This document shows positions 31,814 through 41,746 of a stretch of DNA of 64,000 nucleotides, one piece after another (the first letter of the stretch is position 1; every line of letters starts with the position of its first letter). The translations under genes and the position numbers were made by a program. The stretch comes from an uncultured Collinsella sp. (lineage in GTDB: Bacteria; Actinomycetota; Coriobacteriia; Coriobacteriales; Coriobacteriaceae), in contig URAD01000001.1 of the NCBI GenBank assembly GCA_900545745.1, positions 12,611 through 76,610 on the forward strand. The letters are read 5' to 3'. Under the pieces are notes generated by a model that had not been told where the DNA came from, searched no databases, and was given only the letters and a program-made list of their open reading frames with translations.

Positions 31814-32467
31814 CTACCCCCTCAGCTCGGACAGGTCGCGCGCATCGAGCGAGTGGGAGTCGTCCCAAATGCGACGCACGACGATGGACATGATGATGAC
31901 GGCAAAGATGGCGTCGGTGGCGATACCGATCTCGATGATCTCGGGAGCGGTGGGGGCCAAAAGCGCGAGCGTCACATGGCTGCCGTTTTCCATAAGGCAG
32001 TATCCAAAGATCTGCTTCATGATGTTGCGCTGCGAGATGATGCAGGTGAGGCCCACAAAGAAGTGAGCGAAGCTAATAGCGAGCGCAGGCGTTGCGACCT
32101 CGGCCGTGGGCAGGCTGATCTGCGTCACGACGGCAAAGCAGATCGCGACCTCCACGGCGATGATGCAAATGGCCCACGCGGGCTTAAGGCCGGCCTTGAG
32201 CGATGCGTCGCTCGGCTCACCCATCTTCTTGTATGCGCGGTTGAGGATGTAAGGGACCAGGACGACCTTGGTGATAAAGGCAGATCCGGCCCACATAAGC
32301 AGCTCCTGCGCACCGGTAGTGGCACCGAGCGTGGCGAGCAGTCCCACGAGCACCAGCGACTGCACTGCATACCAGCTGATGGCATGCTTGATGTTCTTGG
32401 AGACGACCACCATGGTGGACGTGACGATCAGAAGGCCGCCAAGGATGTTGACGATCGAATAACCCAT
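31814..32467 (-). CDS. hyfE: hydrogenase-4 membrane subunit E
   Basis: 217-aa polytopic protein. Position and size match HyfE (216 aa). Confidence 0.75.
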   Translation of the reverse strand: MGYSIVNILGGLLIVTSTMVVVSKNIKHAISWYAVQSLVLVGLLATLGATTGAQELLMWAGSAFITKVVLVPYILNRAYKKMGEPSDASLKAGLKPAWAICIIAVEVAICFAVVTQISLPTAEVATPALAISFAHFFVGLTCIISQRNIMKQIFGYCLMENGSHVTLALLAPTAPEIIEIGIATDAIFAVIIMSIVVRRIWDDSHSLDARDLSELRG

Positions 32468-32480
32468 GTCGTTCTACCTC

Positions 32481-33938
32481 CTAACCGATCCAGCTGGCCG
32501 AAAGCGGGCCGCTGACGATAACCATGATGATGAGCACGATGAACACGAATGCCATCGCGCGGGGAAGCGGGGCTCCCGCAGCGACCTCGTCGCTCGGCTC
32601 GCCGGGCAGGCAATAGCCCATCCACTTGAGGAACCAGGCGAAGGTGGCGACGGTCTCGGCGACCATAATGCACACGAGAACCAGGATCGCAACGTTGCCG
32701 GCACCCACAGAAAAGCCGCCGGCGATGATCTGGAACTTCGAGAAGAACGTGTTCATGGGCGGCACGCCGGCAATGGCGAGCGCCGCGACACCAAAGCCCA
32801 CGCCCGAGATCGGGTACTTCTTTACGATGCCGCGAAGCTTGGGCAGCATACGCGTGCCGAGGGTAAAGGAGAACGAACCGGCGATCAGGAAGAACAGCGT
32901 CTTGGCGAAGGCGTGGTTAAAGATGTGGCACACGGCGCCATCAAAGGCCAGCTGGCTGCCAAAGACCGAAAGACCCAGACCAAAGAACACATAGGAGAGC
33001 TGGGCGATCGTGGAGAAGGCCAGCAGGCGCTTCATGTCCTTTTGCGGCAGGTACATAAGGAAACCAAAGAGCATGGTGACCATGGCGTCGATAATGGCGA
33101 CCCAGCCCACGATCTCGGGAATCTCGCCGGCAGAGACGAGTGCACGCGCGAACACGCACACGCCGACCTTGACCATCGAGGCGCCATGCAGGTAGGCCGA
33201 AACAGGCGTCGGCGCCTCCATGGCCGAAGGCAGCCACATGTACATGGGAACCTGTGCGGACTTGGCCCAGGCCGCAAACAGCACGAGTAAAAGGACGATA
33301 GCCTTGAGCTTGGCGTCGAGGCCGGCAATCGCGGTAATGGCGAAGGTGCCGGTGTGGGCAAACACGATGGCGGCGCCCAGATACAGGCCAAGCGCACCGA
33401 TATGCGTAATGATCAGGGCCTTCATGCCGGCCTTTTTGGCCGTAGGCGACATGTAGTAGCTAATGAGGCCCCAAGAGCAAGCACCCGTGATCTCAAAGAA
33501 CACAAGCTGGCCCAAAAGGGTCGAGCTGTACACGAGGCCGGCCATGGCGCCGATGAAGGTCGCGAGGTACGCGTAGAAGCGACGACGCGGTGCATCGGGA
33601 TGCTCACGGTTATTCTCGCTCATATAGGGGATCGAATAGATCACGACAAGCAGGCCGATACCCACAAAGGCGGGCGCGAGCAGCGTGCTCATGCGATCGA
33701 AGGTGAATCCCATGACGAGGGTCCGCCCAAACGAGATCAGGGGGACCTGCGTGTCGGGCATGCCGGCGCCAGCGAAATTCGCGGCGAGGGCGATGGTGCA
33801 GACCGTCGAGACGGCGGCACCCAAAACGCTGAACCACTTGGCGTACGGACGGGGGAACAGGGCGACAAGCACCGAGGCCACCATCGGGGCCGCGATAGCG
33901 ACCAAGCCGAGAAGGGACAGACTGACTGCAAATGACAT
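32481..33938 (-). CDS. hyfD: hydrogenase-4 membrane subunit D (NuoL/M-like)
   Basis: 485 aa. Position and size match HyfD (479 aa). Confidence 0.8.
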   Translation of the reverse strand: MSFAVSLSLLGLVAIAAPMVASVLVALFPRPYAKWFSVLGAAVSTVCTIALAANFAGAGMPDTQVPLISFGRTLVMGFTFDRMSTLLAPAFVGIGLLVVIYSIPYMSENNREHPDAPRRRFYAYLATFIGAMAGLVYSSTLLGQLVFFEITGACSWGLISYYMSPTAKKAGMKALIITHIGALGLYLGAAIVFAHTGTFAITAIAGLDAKLKAIVLLLVLFAAWAKSAQVPMYMWLPSAMEAPTPVSAYLHGASMVKVGVCVFARALVSAGEIPEIVGWVAIIDAMVTMLFGFLMYLPQKDMKRLLAFSTIAQLSYVFFGLGLSVFGSQLAFDGAVCHIFNHAFAKTLFFLIAGSFSFTLGTRMLPKLRGIVKKYPISGVGFGVAALAIAGVPPMNTFFSKFQIIAGGFSVGAGNVAILVLVCIMVAETVATFAWFLKWMGYCLPGEPSDEVAAGAPLPRAMAFVFIVLIIMVIVSGPLSASWIG

Positions 33939-33953
33939 TGTTTCTCCCTTCTC

Positions 33954-34880
33954 CTACACGCCAACGACCACGAAAACAAACGCCAGAACGGCGATGCCCA
34001 CAACGGCCCAAGTCTGATTGCCAAGCACCTTAAAACGCGAGCGCGAGCAGGAGTTCTCGATTACGCCGCACACGACAAAGTCGATCAGGCACTTCACCAG
34101 GAAGATAACCGCGCCCAAAACGGCGGCGGCACCCACGGTCGCGGGCTCACCCCAGGGGACAAAGATCGCGCAGAACCAAGCAACGACCAGGACCTGCTTC
34201 ATGGACATGGCGAGCTTGGCCATGGCAAGCGACGGGCCGGAAAGCTCGGCGAGCGGACCTTCCTGAAGCTCCTGCTCGGCCTCGGCCTGATCAAACGGCA
34301 GTTTGCCGAGTTCCATGTAGCAGGCAATCGCAAAGGTGATGCCGGCGAGGATCACGGCGACCGGCGCGTCGATGGCGCCCGTCATGATGTGCTGACCCAT
34401 GGTGGCGATGTCGGTGGAGCCGCAAACCAGGGCAGCGGCAAACAGCGCCAGCAGCATAGACGGCTCGATGAGCACGCTCATGAGCAGCTCGCGGACGCCG
34501 CCGATACCGGCGTAGGCGTTGGACGAATCCACACCGCAGAGGGCGAAGAAGAAGCGGGCGAGCGCCAGGCTGTACATGATGGTGATGGCGTCACCAAAGA
34601 CCGGGATGGGGCTTTGTGCCGTAAAGAGCGGCAGACCCATCGCGAGCATAAAGGCAACGGCGAAGAACAGCGGCGGCATAATGCGCAGCGCAAAGCTCGC
34701 GTCCTCGCTCTGGGACTCGGGGCGCGCAAAGAGCTTGGCCAGGTCGCGGTAGTCCTGCATGATGCTGGGGCCGCGACGGTTGTGCATCTTGGCGCGGATC
34801 ACGCGACCGAGACCGGAGAAGAACGGCGCGACGGCCATAACGACCACGCCCTGCAGAACGGCAAGTACGATGTTGTTCAT
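33954..34880 (-). CDS. hycD: formate hydrogenlyase membrane subunit, NuoH-like (HycD/HyfC)
   Basis: 308-aa NuoH-like protein (GLGRVIRAKMHNRRGP...). Confidence 0.85.
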   Translation of the reverse strand: MNNIVLAVLQGVVVMAVAPFFSGLGRVIRAKMHNRRGPSIMQDYRDLAKLFARPESQSEDASFALRIMPPLFFAVAFMLAMGLPLFTAQSPIPVFGDAITIMYSLALARFFFALCGVDSSNAYAGIGGVRELLMSVLIEPSMLLALFAAALVCGSTDIATMGQHIMTGAIDAPVAVILAGITFAIACYMELGKLPFDQAEAEQELQEGPLAELSGPSLAMAKLAMSMKQVLVVAWFCAIFVPWGEPATVGAAAVLGAVIFLVKCLIDFVVCGVIENSCSRSRFKVLGNQTWAVVGIAVLAFVFVVVGV

Positions 34881-34892
34881 GCTCTCCCCTCC

Positions 34893-36911
34893 TTAACCCA
34901 TTTGCACGGCGAGCACGAGGAACACCACGAGTGCCGCGACGATGTAGCAGATATAGATGCTGTAGTTGCCGCCCTCGAGCTTAGTCGCGAGGTCGGCGAG
35001 CTTCTCGACACCCTTATGCGAGGCATCGACGAGAACCTTGTCGGGTACGGGCTCCACAGCCTCGGCCACACCGGTGAGCTTCTGGAAGAAGTGCGCGATG
35101 GACCAGCAGACGGCCGTGCAGCGGTCGCGCAGCGTGTAGAGCGGCTGCATAAACCAGGACACCTCGGAAGCAAAGGTCGTGGCCACGACGGGCATATGCT
35201 CGTTGGGAGCATAGCCGCACGCCCACGGCTGGGACTTCTGCACCTTGCCGACGGTCTTGAGCTTGCGATAACCGCAGGCAAGGCCGACGAGCACCACGAG
35301 CGCAATGGCGATCGCGGGCGTGGAGGTGGCAGCGCCGGAGTACTGGTTCATGAGCTCCATGCCCTCGGCGGCAAACACGCCACCGTACGGATGCAGCACG
35401 GACGCGGCGACATCGACCAGCACGGGCGCGATCACGGGAGCGCCAATGCCCAGCACGACGCAGATGGCCGCGAGCAGGCCCTGCGCAAACACCATGGGAG
35501 CGGGAACCTCCTTGGCATTGGCCGCGGCCTCGGAGCGGGGCGCGGAGGCAAAGGAGACGCCATAGGCCTTGACGAAGCACGTGACAGCCAGCGCGCCGGT
35601 AATGGCAAGCGCGACGGCAGCGAACACGGCCACGATCATGACGGCCTTGTCGCCCTGCATGGCGGCGTTAAACAGCGACTGGTAGGTAAACCACTCGGAC
35701 ACAAAGCCGTTGAAGGGCGGGATGGCCGAGATGGCAAGCGCGCCAACGAGGAAGCAGATGGCCGTTGCCGGCATACGACGGAACAGGCCGCCCATCTTCT
35801 CCATATTGCGCGTACCCGTGGAGTACAGCAGTGCACCGGCGCCCAAGAACAGCTCGCCCTTAAACATCGCGTGGTTAAACGTGTGGTAGAGGGCGGCCAT
35901 CAGAGCCAGGACGGCGATGCCGACCGAGTTGAGCGCCATAGCGGCCATGGAGGCGCCGACGCCGAGCAGAATGATGCCGATGTTCTCGACGGAGTGATAG
36001 GCCAGCAGGCGCTTGATGTCATGCTCCTGCAGGGCGAAGGCCACGCCGAGGACCGACGAGATCGCACCGAAGACCATGACCATAAGGCCCCACCAGACCT
36101 GAACGCCCGAGGCGGAGAGCAGGTCGAGGCCCACCTTGAGGATGCCGAAGATACCGATCTTGATCATGCCGCCGGACATGAGGGCCGACACGTTGGACGG
36201 CGCCTCGGGATGCGCCTTGGGCAGCCAGCCGTGCAGCGGGATGATACCGGCCTTGGCGCCAAAGCCAAAGAAGGCGAGCACGAAGCACACGGATGCGACC
36301 GCGGGGCTAAACTGCGTGGCGCGGAAATCCGCAAAGGCAAACGAGCCGCCGGCGAAGTTGGTCATGGTGAGGAAGCTCGCCATGATGAGCACGAAGCCCA
36401 CGTGCGCGATCACAAAGTAGAGCCAACCGCCATGGATGGAGTTCTCGTTCTCCTCGATCACGACCAGGAAGTACGAGGTCAGCGACATGAGCTCAAAGGC
36501 GACCAGGAACCAAAACACGTTGTCGGCGGTGATGACGAGCATCATGGACGCCACGAAGGTGTTAAAGAAGAAGCCGGCGCGGCCCTTTTTGCCCGGGTAC
36601 TCATCAAAGTAGTTGAGGCCGTAGATCGAACCGGCAAACGCAAGCACCGAGATGAGCGCCACGAACAGGCCGGACAGCTGATTGAGCAGCAGCTGGAAAT
36701 GGGCAAACGGGAAGAACACGATGGTGTCGACCGACGTGACATCGCCCAGCACGGCCTGGATACCGGCCACAAACGAAAGCACCGCGGCGACGGCGCCGAT
36801 AAGGCAGCCGGCGGTCTTGGCGGCGTTATCGGCCTTGATCAGCAGAACCGAGGCGAGCGCACCGATGCACGAGACGGCAAGCGATGCGATAAACAGCGTC
36901 ATGCTATCCAT
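34893..36911 (-). CDS. hyfB: hydrogenase-4 membrane subunit B (NuoL-like)
   Basis: 672 aa, the same length as E. coli HyfB. Polytopic NuoL-like. Confidence 0.85.
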   Translation of the reverse strand: MDSMTLFIASLAVSCIGALASVLLIKADNAAKTAGCLIGAVAAVLSFVAGIQAVLGDVTSVDTIVFFPFAHFQLLLNQLSGLFVALISVLAFAGSIYGLNYFDEYPGKKGRAGFFFNTFVASMMLVITADNVFWFLVAFELMSLTSYFLVVIEENENSIHGGWLYFVIAHVGFVLIMASFLTMTNFAGGSFAFADFRATQFSPAVASVCFVLAFFGFGAKAGIIPLHGWLPKAHPEAPSNVSALMSGGMIKIGIFGILKVGLDLLSASGVQVWWGLMVMVFGAISSVLGVAFALQEHDIKRLLAYHSVENIGIILLGVGASMAAMALNSVGIAVLALMAALYHTFNHAMFKGELFLGAGALLYSTGTRNMEKMGGLFRRMPATAICFLVGALAISAIPPFNGFVSEWFTYQSLFNAAMQGDKAVMIVAVFAAVALAITGALAVTCFVKAYGVSFASAPRSEAAANAKEVPAPMVFAQGLLAAICVVLGIGAPVIAPVLVDVAASVLHPYGGVFAAEGMELMNQYSGAATSTPAIAIALVVLVGLACGYRKLKTVGKVQKSQPWACGYAPNEHMPVVATTFASEVSWFMQPLYTLRDRCTAVCWSIAHFFQKLTGVAEAVEPVPDKVLVDASHKGVEKLADLATKLEGGNYSIYICYIVAALVVFLVLAVQMG

Positions 36912-37521
36912 TGTTTACGCTCCCTTCTGCTTTCTCGGACAGGCCCTGGGCCACAGCGGTAACGTCGACGACCGGACCGTTTTCGATCGAGCGCAGGCGC
37001 TTGGCCTCGTCGAGCTCGCGATCGGCCGCGCCACCCATGACGGTCAGCGCCTTGGTGGGGCACGCCGCCACACAATGCGGGCCGTCCGGATCGAAGGCGC
37101 ACAGGTCGCACTTGACAGCGCAGGTGTACTGACCAGGAGCCCACGTAAGCAGGCTGCTCAGGGACTTAGGATACGAAGGCGTCGGGTCGCACATGCCTGC
37201 GACACCGGCGATAGACGTGCCATCGGGATGGATGGCTCCGAAGGGGCACGCGATGGCGCACAGCCTGCACCCGATGCACTCCTGCTCCTTGACGTGGATG
37301 CGATCGCCATCGTGCTCGATGGCATTCACCGGGCAAACCTCGGCGCAGGGGGCACCCTCGCAATGGTGGCAGGCAAGGGCGGCCGAAATACCGCCGGTCT
37401 TCACGAGCGCCAGGCGCGGCGTATCCTGAAGACCCTGCATCCGGTGGGCGTCGGCACAGGCGGACTGACATGTTCCGCAGCCGATGCACCTCTCCGGGTT
37501 GATGTCGATGAAGCGGTTCAT
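36904..37521 (-). CDS. hyfA: formate hydrogenlyase 4Fe-4S ferredoxin subunit (HycB/HyfA)
   Basis: Four CxxCxxCxxxCP clusters (CIGCGTCQSAC, CEGAPCAEVCP, CIGCRLCAIACP, CDLC...CVAACP). Confidence 0.85.
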   Translation of the reverse strand: MNRFIDINPERCIGCGTCQSACADAHRMQGLQDTPRLALVKTGGISAALACHHCEGAPCAEVCPVNAIEHDGDRIHVKEQECIGCRLCAIACPFGAIHPDGTSIAGVAGMCDPTPSYPKSLSSLLTWAPGQYTCAVKCDLCAFDPDGPHCVAACPTKALTVMGGAADRELDEAKRLRSIENGPVVDVTAVAQGLSEKAEGSVNNG

Positions 37522-37599
37522 CCCCACTTCCTTTCAAAATAACGGGCCGGACTCCCGAACGTACGGGACGCCCGGCCCAAAAAGCCAACGAGAACGGGA

Positions 37600-39873
37600 C
37601 TACACGATTTGGTTCACGTGCGTCTCGTCGTCGAACTTGGCGGCACCGGGCTCAACGTCCTGGGGAGCGGCGGCGTCCACCAGAGCCTGCTTGAGCTCGG
37701 TGTACTGACGCTCGACCTCGCCCTCGGCCCAGACCTGGTCGGCAATGGCGTCGACCTGGCAGGCGGAAAACTTGTCCTCGGGCGTGTGCGAGACCGGGTC
37801 GACCTTGTGCATGGTCAGCTCGTTGCACTTGCCGATCCACCACTGGTAGGTCATATAGACCGTGCCCTTGTTGATGCGGTCGCTCACGTCGGCGCGGCTG
37901 TATACCTGGCCGCGGCGGCTGTGAATCGAGACGATGTCGCCGTTCTTGATGCCGCGCGCCTGGGCGTCCGCGGGATTCATGCGAACAAAGCCGGGCTCGT
38001 CGGCGAGCAGCGCCAGCGTCTTGCAGTTGCCGGTCATCGAGCGGCAGCTGTAGTGGCCGACCTCGCGGACGGTGCACAGGATGAGCGGGTACTCATCGTC
38101 GGGAAGCTCGGAGGGCGCCTCCCAGTCGTGCGCCATCAGGTTGGCGCGGCCGTCCTTGGTGGTGAACTTGCCACCAGCGAACATGTCGGGCGTACCGTGG
38201 TCGTTCACATCGGTGCTCTTGACCGGCCACTGGGCGTAACCGCCCTCGGGAGCCATCTTCTCGTAGGTCGCGCCCACAAAGTTGGGGCACAGGCTAATGC
38301 ACTCGTTCCAGATCTGCTCGGTGTTGTCGTAGTGCATGGGGTAACCCATGCGCGTGGACAGGTCCGCGAAGATCTCCCAGTCGTGGCGGCACTCGCCCTT
38401 GGGCGGAACAGCCGCGTCAAAGTGCTGGAAGCTACGGTCGGATGCAGTAAAGACACCCTCGTGCTCGCCCCAAGAGGTGGCAGGCAGGATGACGTCGGCG
38501 AGCATGGTCGTCTGCGTCATAAAGATGTCCTGGCAAATGAACAGGTCCAGCTCGGAGAGCGTCTTGCGCATACCGGCCGAATCGGGCTCGGTCTGCACCG
38601 GGTCCTCGCCGTAGTTGTAGAAGCAGTGCACCTTGCCCTCGTCGACCAGGTGGCCCAGGTCGGTGAGCTTGTAGCCCTCCTCGAGCGGGAGCTTTTCCTC
38701 GGGCACGCCCCAAGCCTTGGCAAACTTGGCACGCACTGCCGGGTCGGTGACCTTCTGGTAGCCAGGGTACAGGTTGGGCAGCATGCCCATATCGCAGGAG
38801 CCCTGGACGTTGTTCTGACCGCGCACGGGCGCGAGGCCGGAATTGGGTTTGCCGATCTGGCCGGCAACGCAGGCGATGGAGGCGATGGTGTGCACCGTCT
38901 TCAGGTTCTGCTTCTGCTGGCATACGCCCATACCCCAGCCAATGATGGCAGAGGGCTTCGCCGTGGCGTACATCTCGGCAGCTTGGTGGATCAACGCGGG
39001 CTCGACACCCGTGATGTCCTGTACGGATTCGGGAGTGTAGTTTTTGATGGTCTCCCACCATTCGTCAAAGCCGTTCGTGTGCTCGGCGACGAATTCCTTG
39101 TCGTAGAGGCCATCGTTGACCAAGCAGTTGGCAAAGGCGTTGAGGAACGCAACGTTGCAACCGTTCTTGATCGGAAGGTAGAGATCGGCGATACGCGCGG
39201 TTTCGATATGGCGCGGGTCGGCGACGATGATCTTGCAACCCTTTTCTTTGGCTCGCACGATACGCCTTGCGACGATGGGGTGCGAATCGGCAGGGTTATA
39301 GCCGAAGAGGAAAATGCAGCCCGCATCCTCCATACCGGGGATGGAGCATGACATGCAACCTGAACCAACCGTGTCCATCAGACCGAGGACAGTAGGGCCG
39401 TGTCAAGTACGGGCGCAGTTGTCCACGCTGTGGGTGCCGATGCACGCACGCGTAAACTTCTGCATGACGTAGTTCGCCTCATTGCCGCCGCCTCGCGAAG
39501 AGCCGGTGGTCATGACAGCGTTAGGACCATATTCGTCAATTATGGCCTGCATCTTAGATGCGGTGAAATCCAGTGCCTCGTCCCAGCTTACGCGCTCAAG
39601 ATCCGCGCCCTTAGTGCGGCGGATCATCGGGTGCAGCACGCGAGGAGTCAAGATCTTGGTGTCGTTGATGAAGTCGTAGCCGCTCATGCCCTTAAGGCAC
39701 AGCTCGCTCTGGTTGGTGATGCCGTTGAGCGGTTCGGTACCCACGACCTGGCCGTTTTGGACCAAGAGGTTAAACTGGCAACCGGCGCCGCAATACGGGC
39801 AGATCACTTTATGCTTCTCCATGACACCCTCCTTCCTTTTTCTGCTACCGAATACTCGGTACTTATTTGACAA
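37600..39873 (-). CDS. fdhF: formate dehydrogenase H, selenocysteine-containing; in-frame TGA (Sec) at 39403-39405
   Basis: Two track ORFs (39403..39873 and 37600..39378) are collinear with E. coli FdhF across the stop: ...DNCART-[TGA]-HGPTVLGL... versus E. coli ...CCARV-U-HGPSVAGL.... The sequence right after the TGA (CACGGCCC ... GGUCUG) resembles my recollection of the E. coli fdhF bacterial SECIS. selA, selB, selC and selD are present in this window. Confidence 0.85.
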
Positions 39874-39896
39874 TCATTGGGCCTGTCGCCCGACGC

Positions 39897-40415
39897 TTAC
39901 GCCTCGTTTTCGATGGTGGCGCGGGCACGCTCGGCAGTCAGTTCTGCCAGACGCTCCTCGTCTACCAGGGTGAGGCCCTTGGTCGGGCACGCCTCGGCAC
40001 ACGCCGGACCGCCGGGACGGTCCACGCACAGGTCGCACTTGAGCACGAAGCTCTTAGTCTGCGAACCCACGCGAACGTCACCCATCAAGACGGGGACTTG
40101 CGTGGTCGCCACGCTCACGGCGCCAAAGGGGCATGCCATGACGCAGCTCTTGCAACCGATGCAGTTGTCTTCGTTGACGCCGATGCGATGGTTCTTTGGA
40201 TCAAAGAACAAGGCGCCCGTGGGGCAGGCCTTGGCGCACGGAGCGTCCTCGCAGTGGTGACATGCCACCGGTGCGGAAATCTCGTACGTACGCGTCACAC
40301 GCAGGCGCGGCGCGGCGATGTTGCCGGGAATATCGTGCGCCTCGATGCACGCCGCCATACAGGTTTGGCACCCAATGCAACGTGAGGAATCGGCTACGAC
40401 TCGTTTATTGCCCAT
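39897..40415 (-). CDS. hydN: 4Fe-4S ferredoxin-type electron-transfer protein (HydN/HycB-like) leading the FHL operon
   Basis: CIGCQTCMAAC, CHHCEDAPCAKACP, CIGCKSCVMACP, CDLC...CAEACP. Start at MGNKRVV with a GGAGGGAG RBS. Confidence 0.75.
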   Translation of the reverse strand: MGNKRVVADSSRCIGCQTCMAACIEAHDIPGNIAAPRLRVTRTYEISAPVACHHCEDAPCAKACPTGALFFDPKNHRIGVNEDNCIGCKSCVMACPFGAVSVATTQVPVLMGDVRVGSQTKSFVLKCDLCVDRPGGPACAEACPTKGLTLVDEERLAELTAERARATIENEA

Positions 40416-40593
40416 GTTGTTCACTCCCTCCTGAATCCCATGCCGGAGAGACCCTGTCGACGTTGCCCCGGACCGCCCGTGGTCCGGCATCGGCGTATCG
40501 AGTGCATGCGGCGAAACAGGCACTTCGATAGAATTCCTCCAACGATATACAGGTAAAATATACGCAGTTGCAGGTGGCAAACTTGAGCATACG

Positions 40594-40619
40594 CCCTGCA
40601 ATACGGGTGTATTGCAGGG
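40594..40619. promoter_or_regulatory. 10-bp perfect inverted repeat ccctgcaata-N6-tattgcaggg in an AT-rich region upstream of the hydN-fdhF-hyf operon
   Basis: Seen directly in sequence, about 180 bp upstream of the hydN start, in the only AT-rich stretch of this region. Confidence 0.3.
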
Positions 40620-40777
40620 GTTTTGGCAGGTTGGAATTATTCTCTAGAAGCTATAAAGGTGAGTGTATTACATGCGTACATCCAAGGGAGATTTCACGCT
40701 CGTTTATAAAGGATGTAATACGTTTGATATATATTTCGCGCTCATTTACTTGAGTGCAATAAAGCAGTGGTTATAAG

Positions 40778-40797
40778 ATTGGCTATTATTAGCCAAT
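40778..40797. promoter_or_regulatory. palindrome attggcta-ttat-tagccaat upstream of the second toxin-antitoxin operon; candidate antitoxin operator
   Basis: 8-bp perfect arms, about 45 bp upstream of the 40844 start. Confidence 0.35.
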
Positions 40798-40843
40798 GTT
40801 GTAATTGACCATTCATGTTGCACGCTCATTAAGGGGGCCAGTG

Positions 40844-41167
40844 ATGTCATCGACGCAAAAACGAGCCATCCTGCAGGTGCGCATTCGCGAAGAGGACAAA
40901 CAGCATGCCGAGCGCCTCTACGACGCCATGGGCACATCGCTCGCCGAGGCTGTCCGTCTATTTGTCGTGCAAAGCATTTTGATGCGCAAGCTTCCCTTTC
41001 AGCCGGTCGCCGTGCGCTCAAAGGACGGCACCGCCGCCTATGGATCGCTCAAAGCATATGGGGACCCCAATCGCCGCTCCGAGGAGCGCAATGCCTGGAT
41101 TGAATACCTAGCCACAGAAAGCGATGAGTCGGTTTTGGGTCCCGAGGAAGTAGATATCCATGAGTAG
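40844..41167 (+). CDS. RelB/DinJ-family type II antitoxin (second copy)
   Basis: MSSTQKRAILQVRIREEDKQHAERLYDAMGTSLAEAVRLFVVQSILMRKLPFQP matches the DinJ RHH pattern. AAGGGGG RBS. It overlaps the downstream gene. Confidence 0.6.
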   Translation: MSSTQKRAILQVRIREEDKQHAERLYDAMGTSLAEAVRLFVVQSILMRKLPFQPVAVRSKDGTAAYGSLKAYGDPNRRSEERNAWIEYLATESDESVLGPEEVDIHE

Positions 41168-41636
41168 CACCATCATCGACGAGACCGTCATCCTGCGCTA
41201 CCTGCTTAACGACGACGAGGTCCTGTCACCGCGCGCCGCCAAGGTCATCGCCACGCGCACCGCTCGCGTCTACCCCGAGATCATCACACGCGTCGCCGTT
41301 ACGCTGCGCGACGTCTACAAGGTCCCGCGCGTGGAGATTGCGACGGCCATGACCAAGCTGCTCGATGACGTCATGGTCGACGAGCCCACCGTTATCGCCC
41401 TTGCCATCAAACTCTTTGGCAAGACTCATATGGACTTTACCGACTGCCTCCTCGCAGCCCGAACCGCCATCTATAACGACGACGTCGTGAGCTTTGGCAA
41501 GCCCATCATCCAAGGCATGATCGACTACCGCCGCCAGCGCCAAACCGCCGCCGACGCCCGCGACCGCGCCGCCGAAGCCCGCAGCCGAAGCACCGACTCC
41601 ACCATCGACAAGCTCCGTCACCGCCCCCGCAGCTAA
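41160..41636 (+). CDS. PIN-like toxin partner (degenerate PIN; DTN replaced by DET)
   Basis: IIDETVILRYLLNDD ... MDFTDCLLAARTAIYNDDVVSF. Same size and architecture as the 1222..1707 PIN protein, with translational coupling to the antitoxin. Confidence 0.45.
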   Translation: MSSTIIDETVILRYLLNDDEVLSPRAAKVIATRTARVYPEIITRVAVTLRDVYKVPRVEIATAMTKLLDDVMVDEPTVIALAIKLFGKTHMDFTDCLLAARTAIYNDDVVSFGKPIIQGMIDYRRQRQTAADARDRAAEARSRSTDSTIDKLRHRPRS

Positions 41637-41651
41637 CCCCATCCCCTCCTA

Positions 41652-41718
41652 AGTTGCGGTGAAATACGGACTGTTTTTGCTGGTCAAACCGCAAAACAGT
41701 CCGTATTTCACCGCAACT
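41652..41718. repeat. palindromic intergenic repeat element, copy 4
   Basis: agttgcggtgaaatacggactgttt ... aaacagtccgtatttcaccgcaactt. Confidence 0.8.
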
Positions 41719-41746
41719 TATTGAAGGTTGACCGCGAACGATTTCG

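Noticed and set aside
28274-32515. 1413-aa plus-strand ORF, the longest in the track
   Set aside because: It is antisense to hycE through hyfE. Its translation is low-complexity Gly/Asp/His/Arg-rich with no domain-like segments. Long stop-free antisense frames are expected at this GC content with GC3-rich sense codons.
34389-36962. 857-aa plus-strand ORF
   Set aside because: It is antisense to hyfB/hyfA. Composition is biased (HGRD-rich). The sense-strand genes have clear homology and RBSs.
40416-40700. Sigma-54 (-24/-12) promoter for the FHL operon
   Set aside because: The nearest TGGCA...GCA-like strings have wrong spacing or orientation relative to the minus-strand operon. No fhlA-like activator gene is seen.
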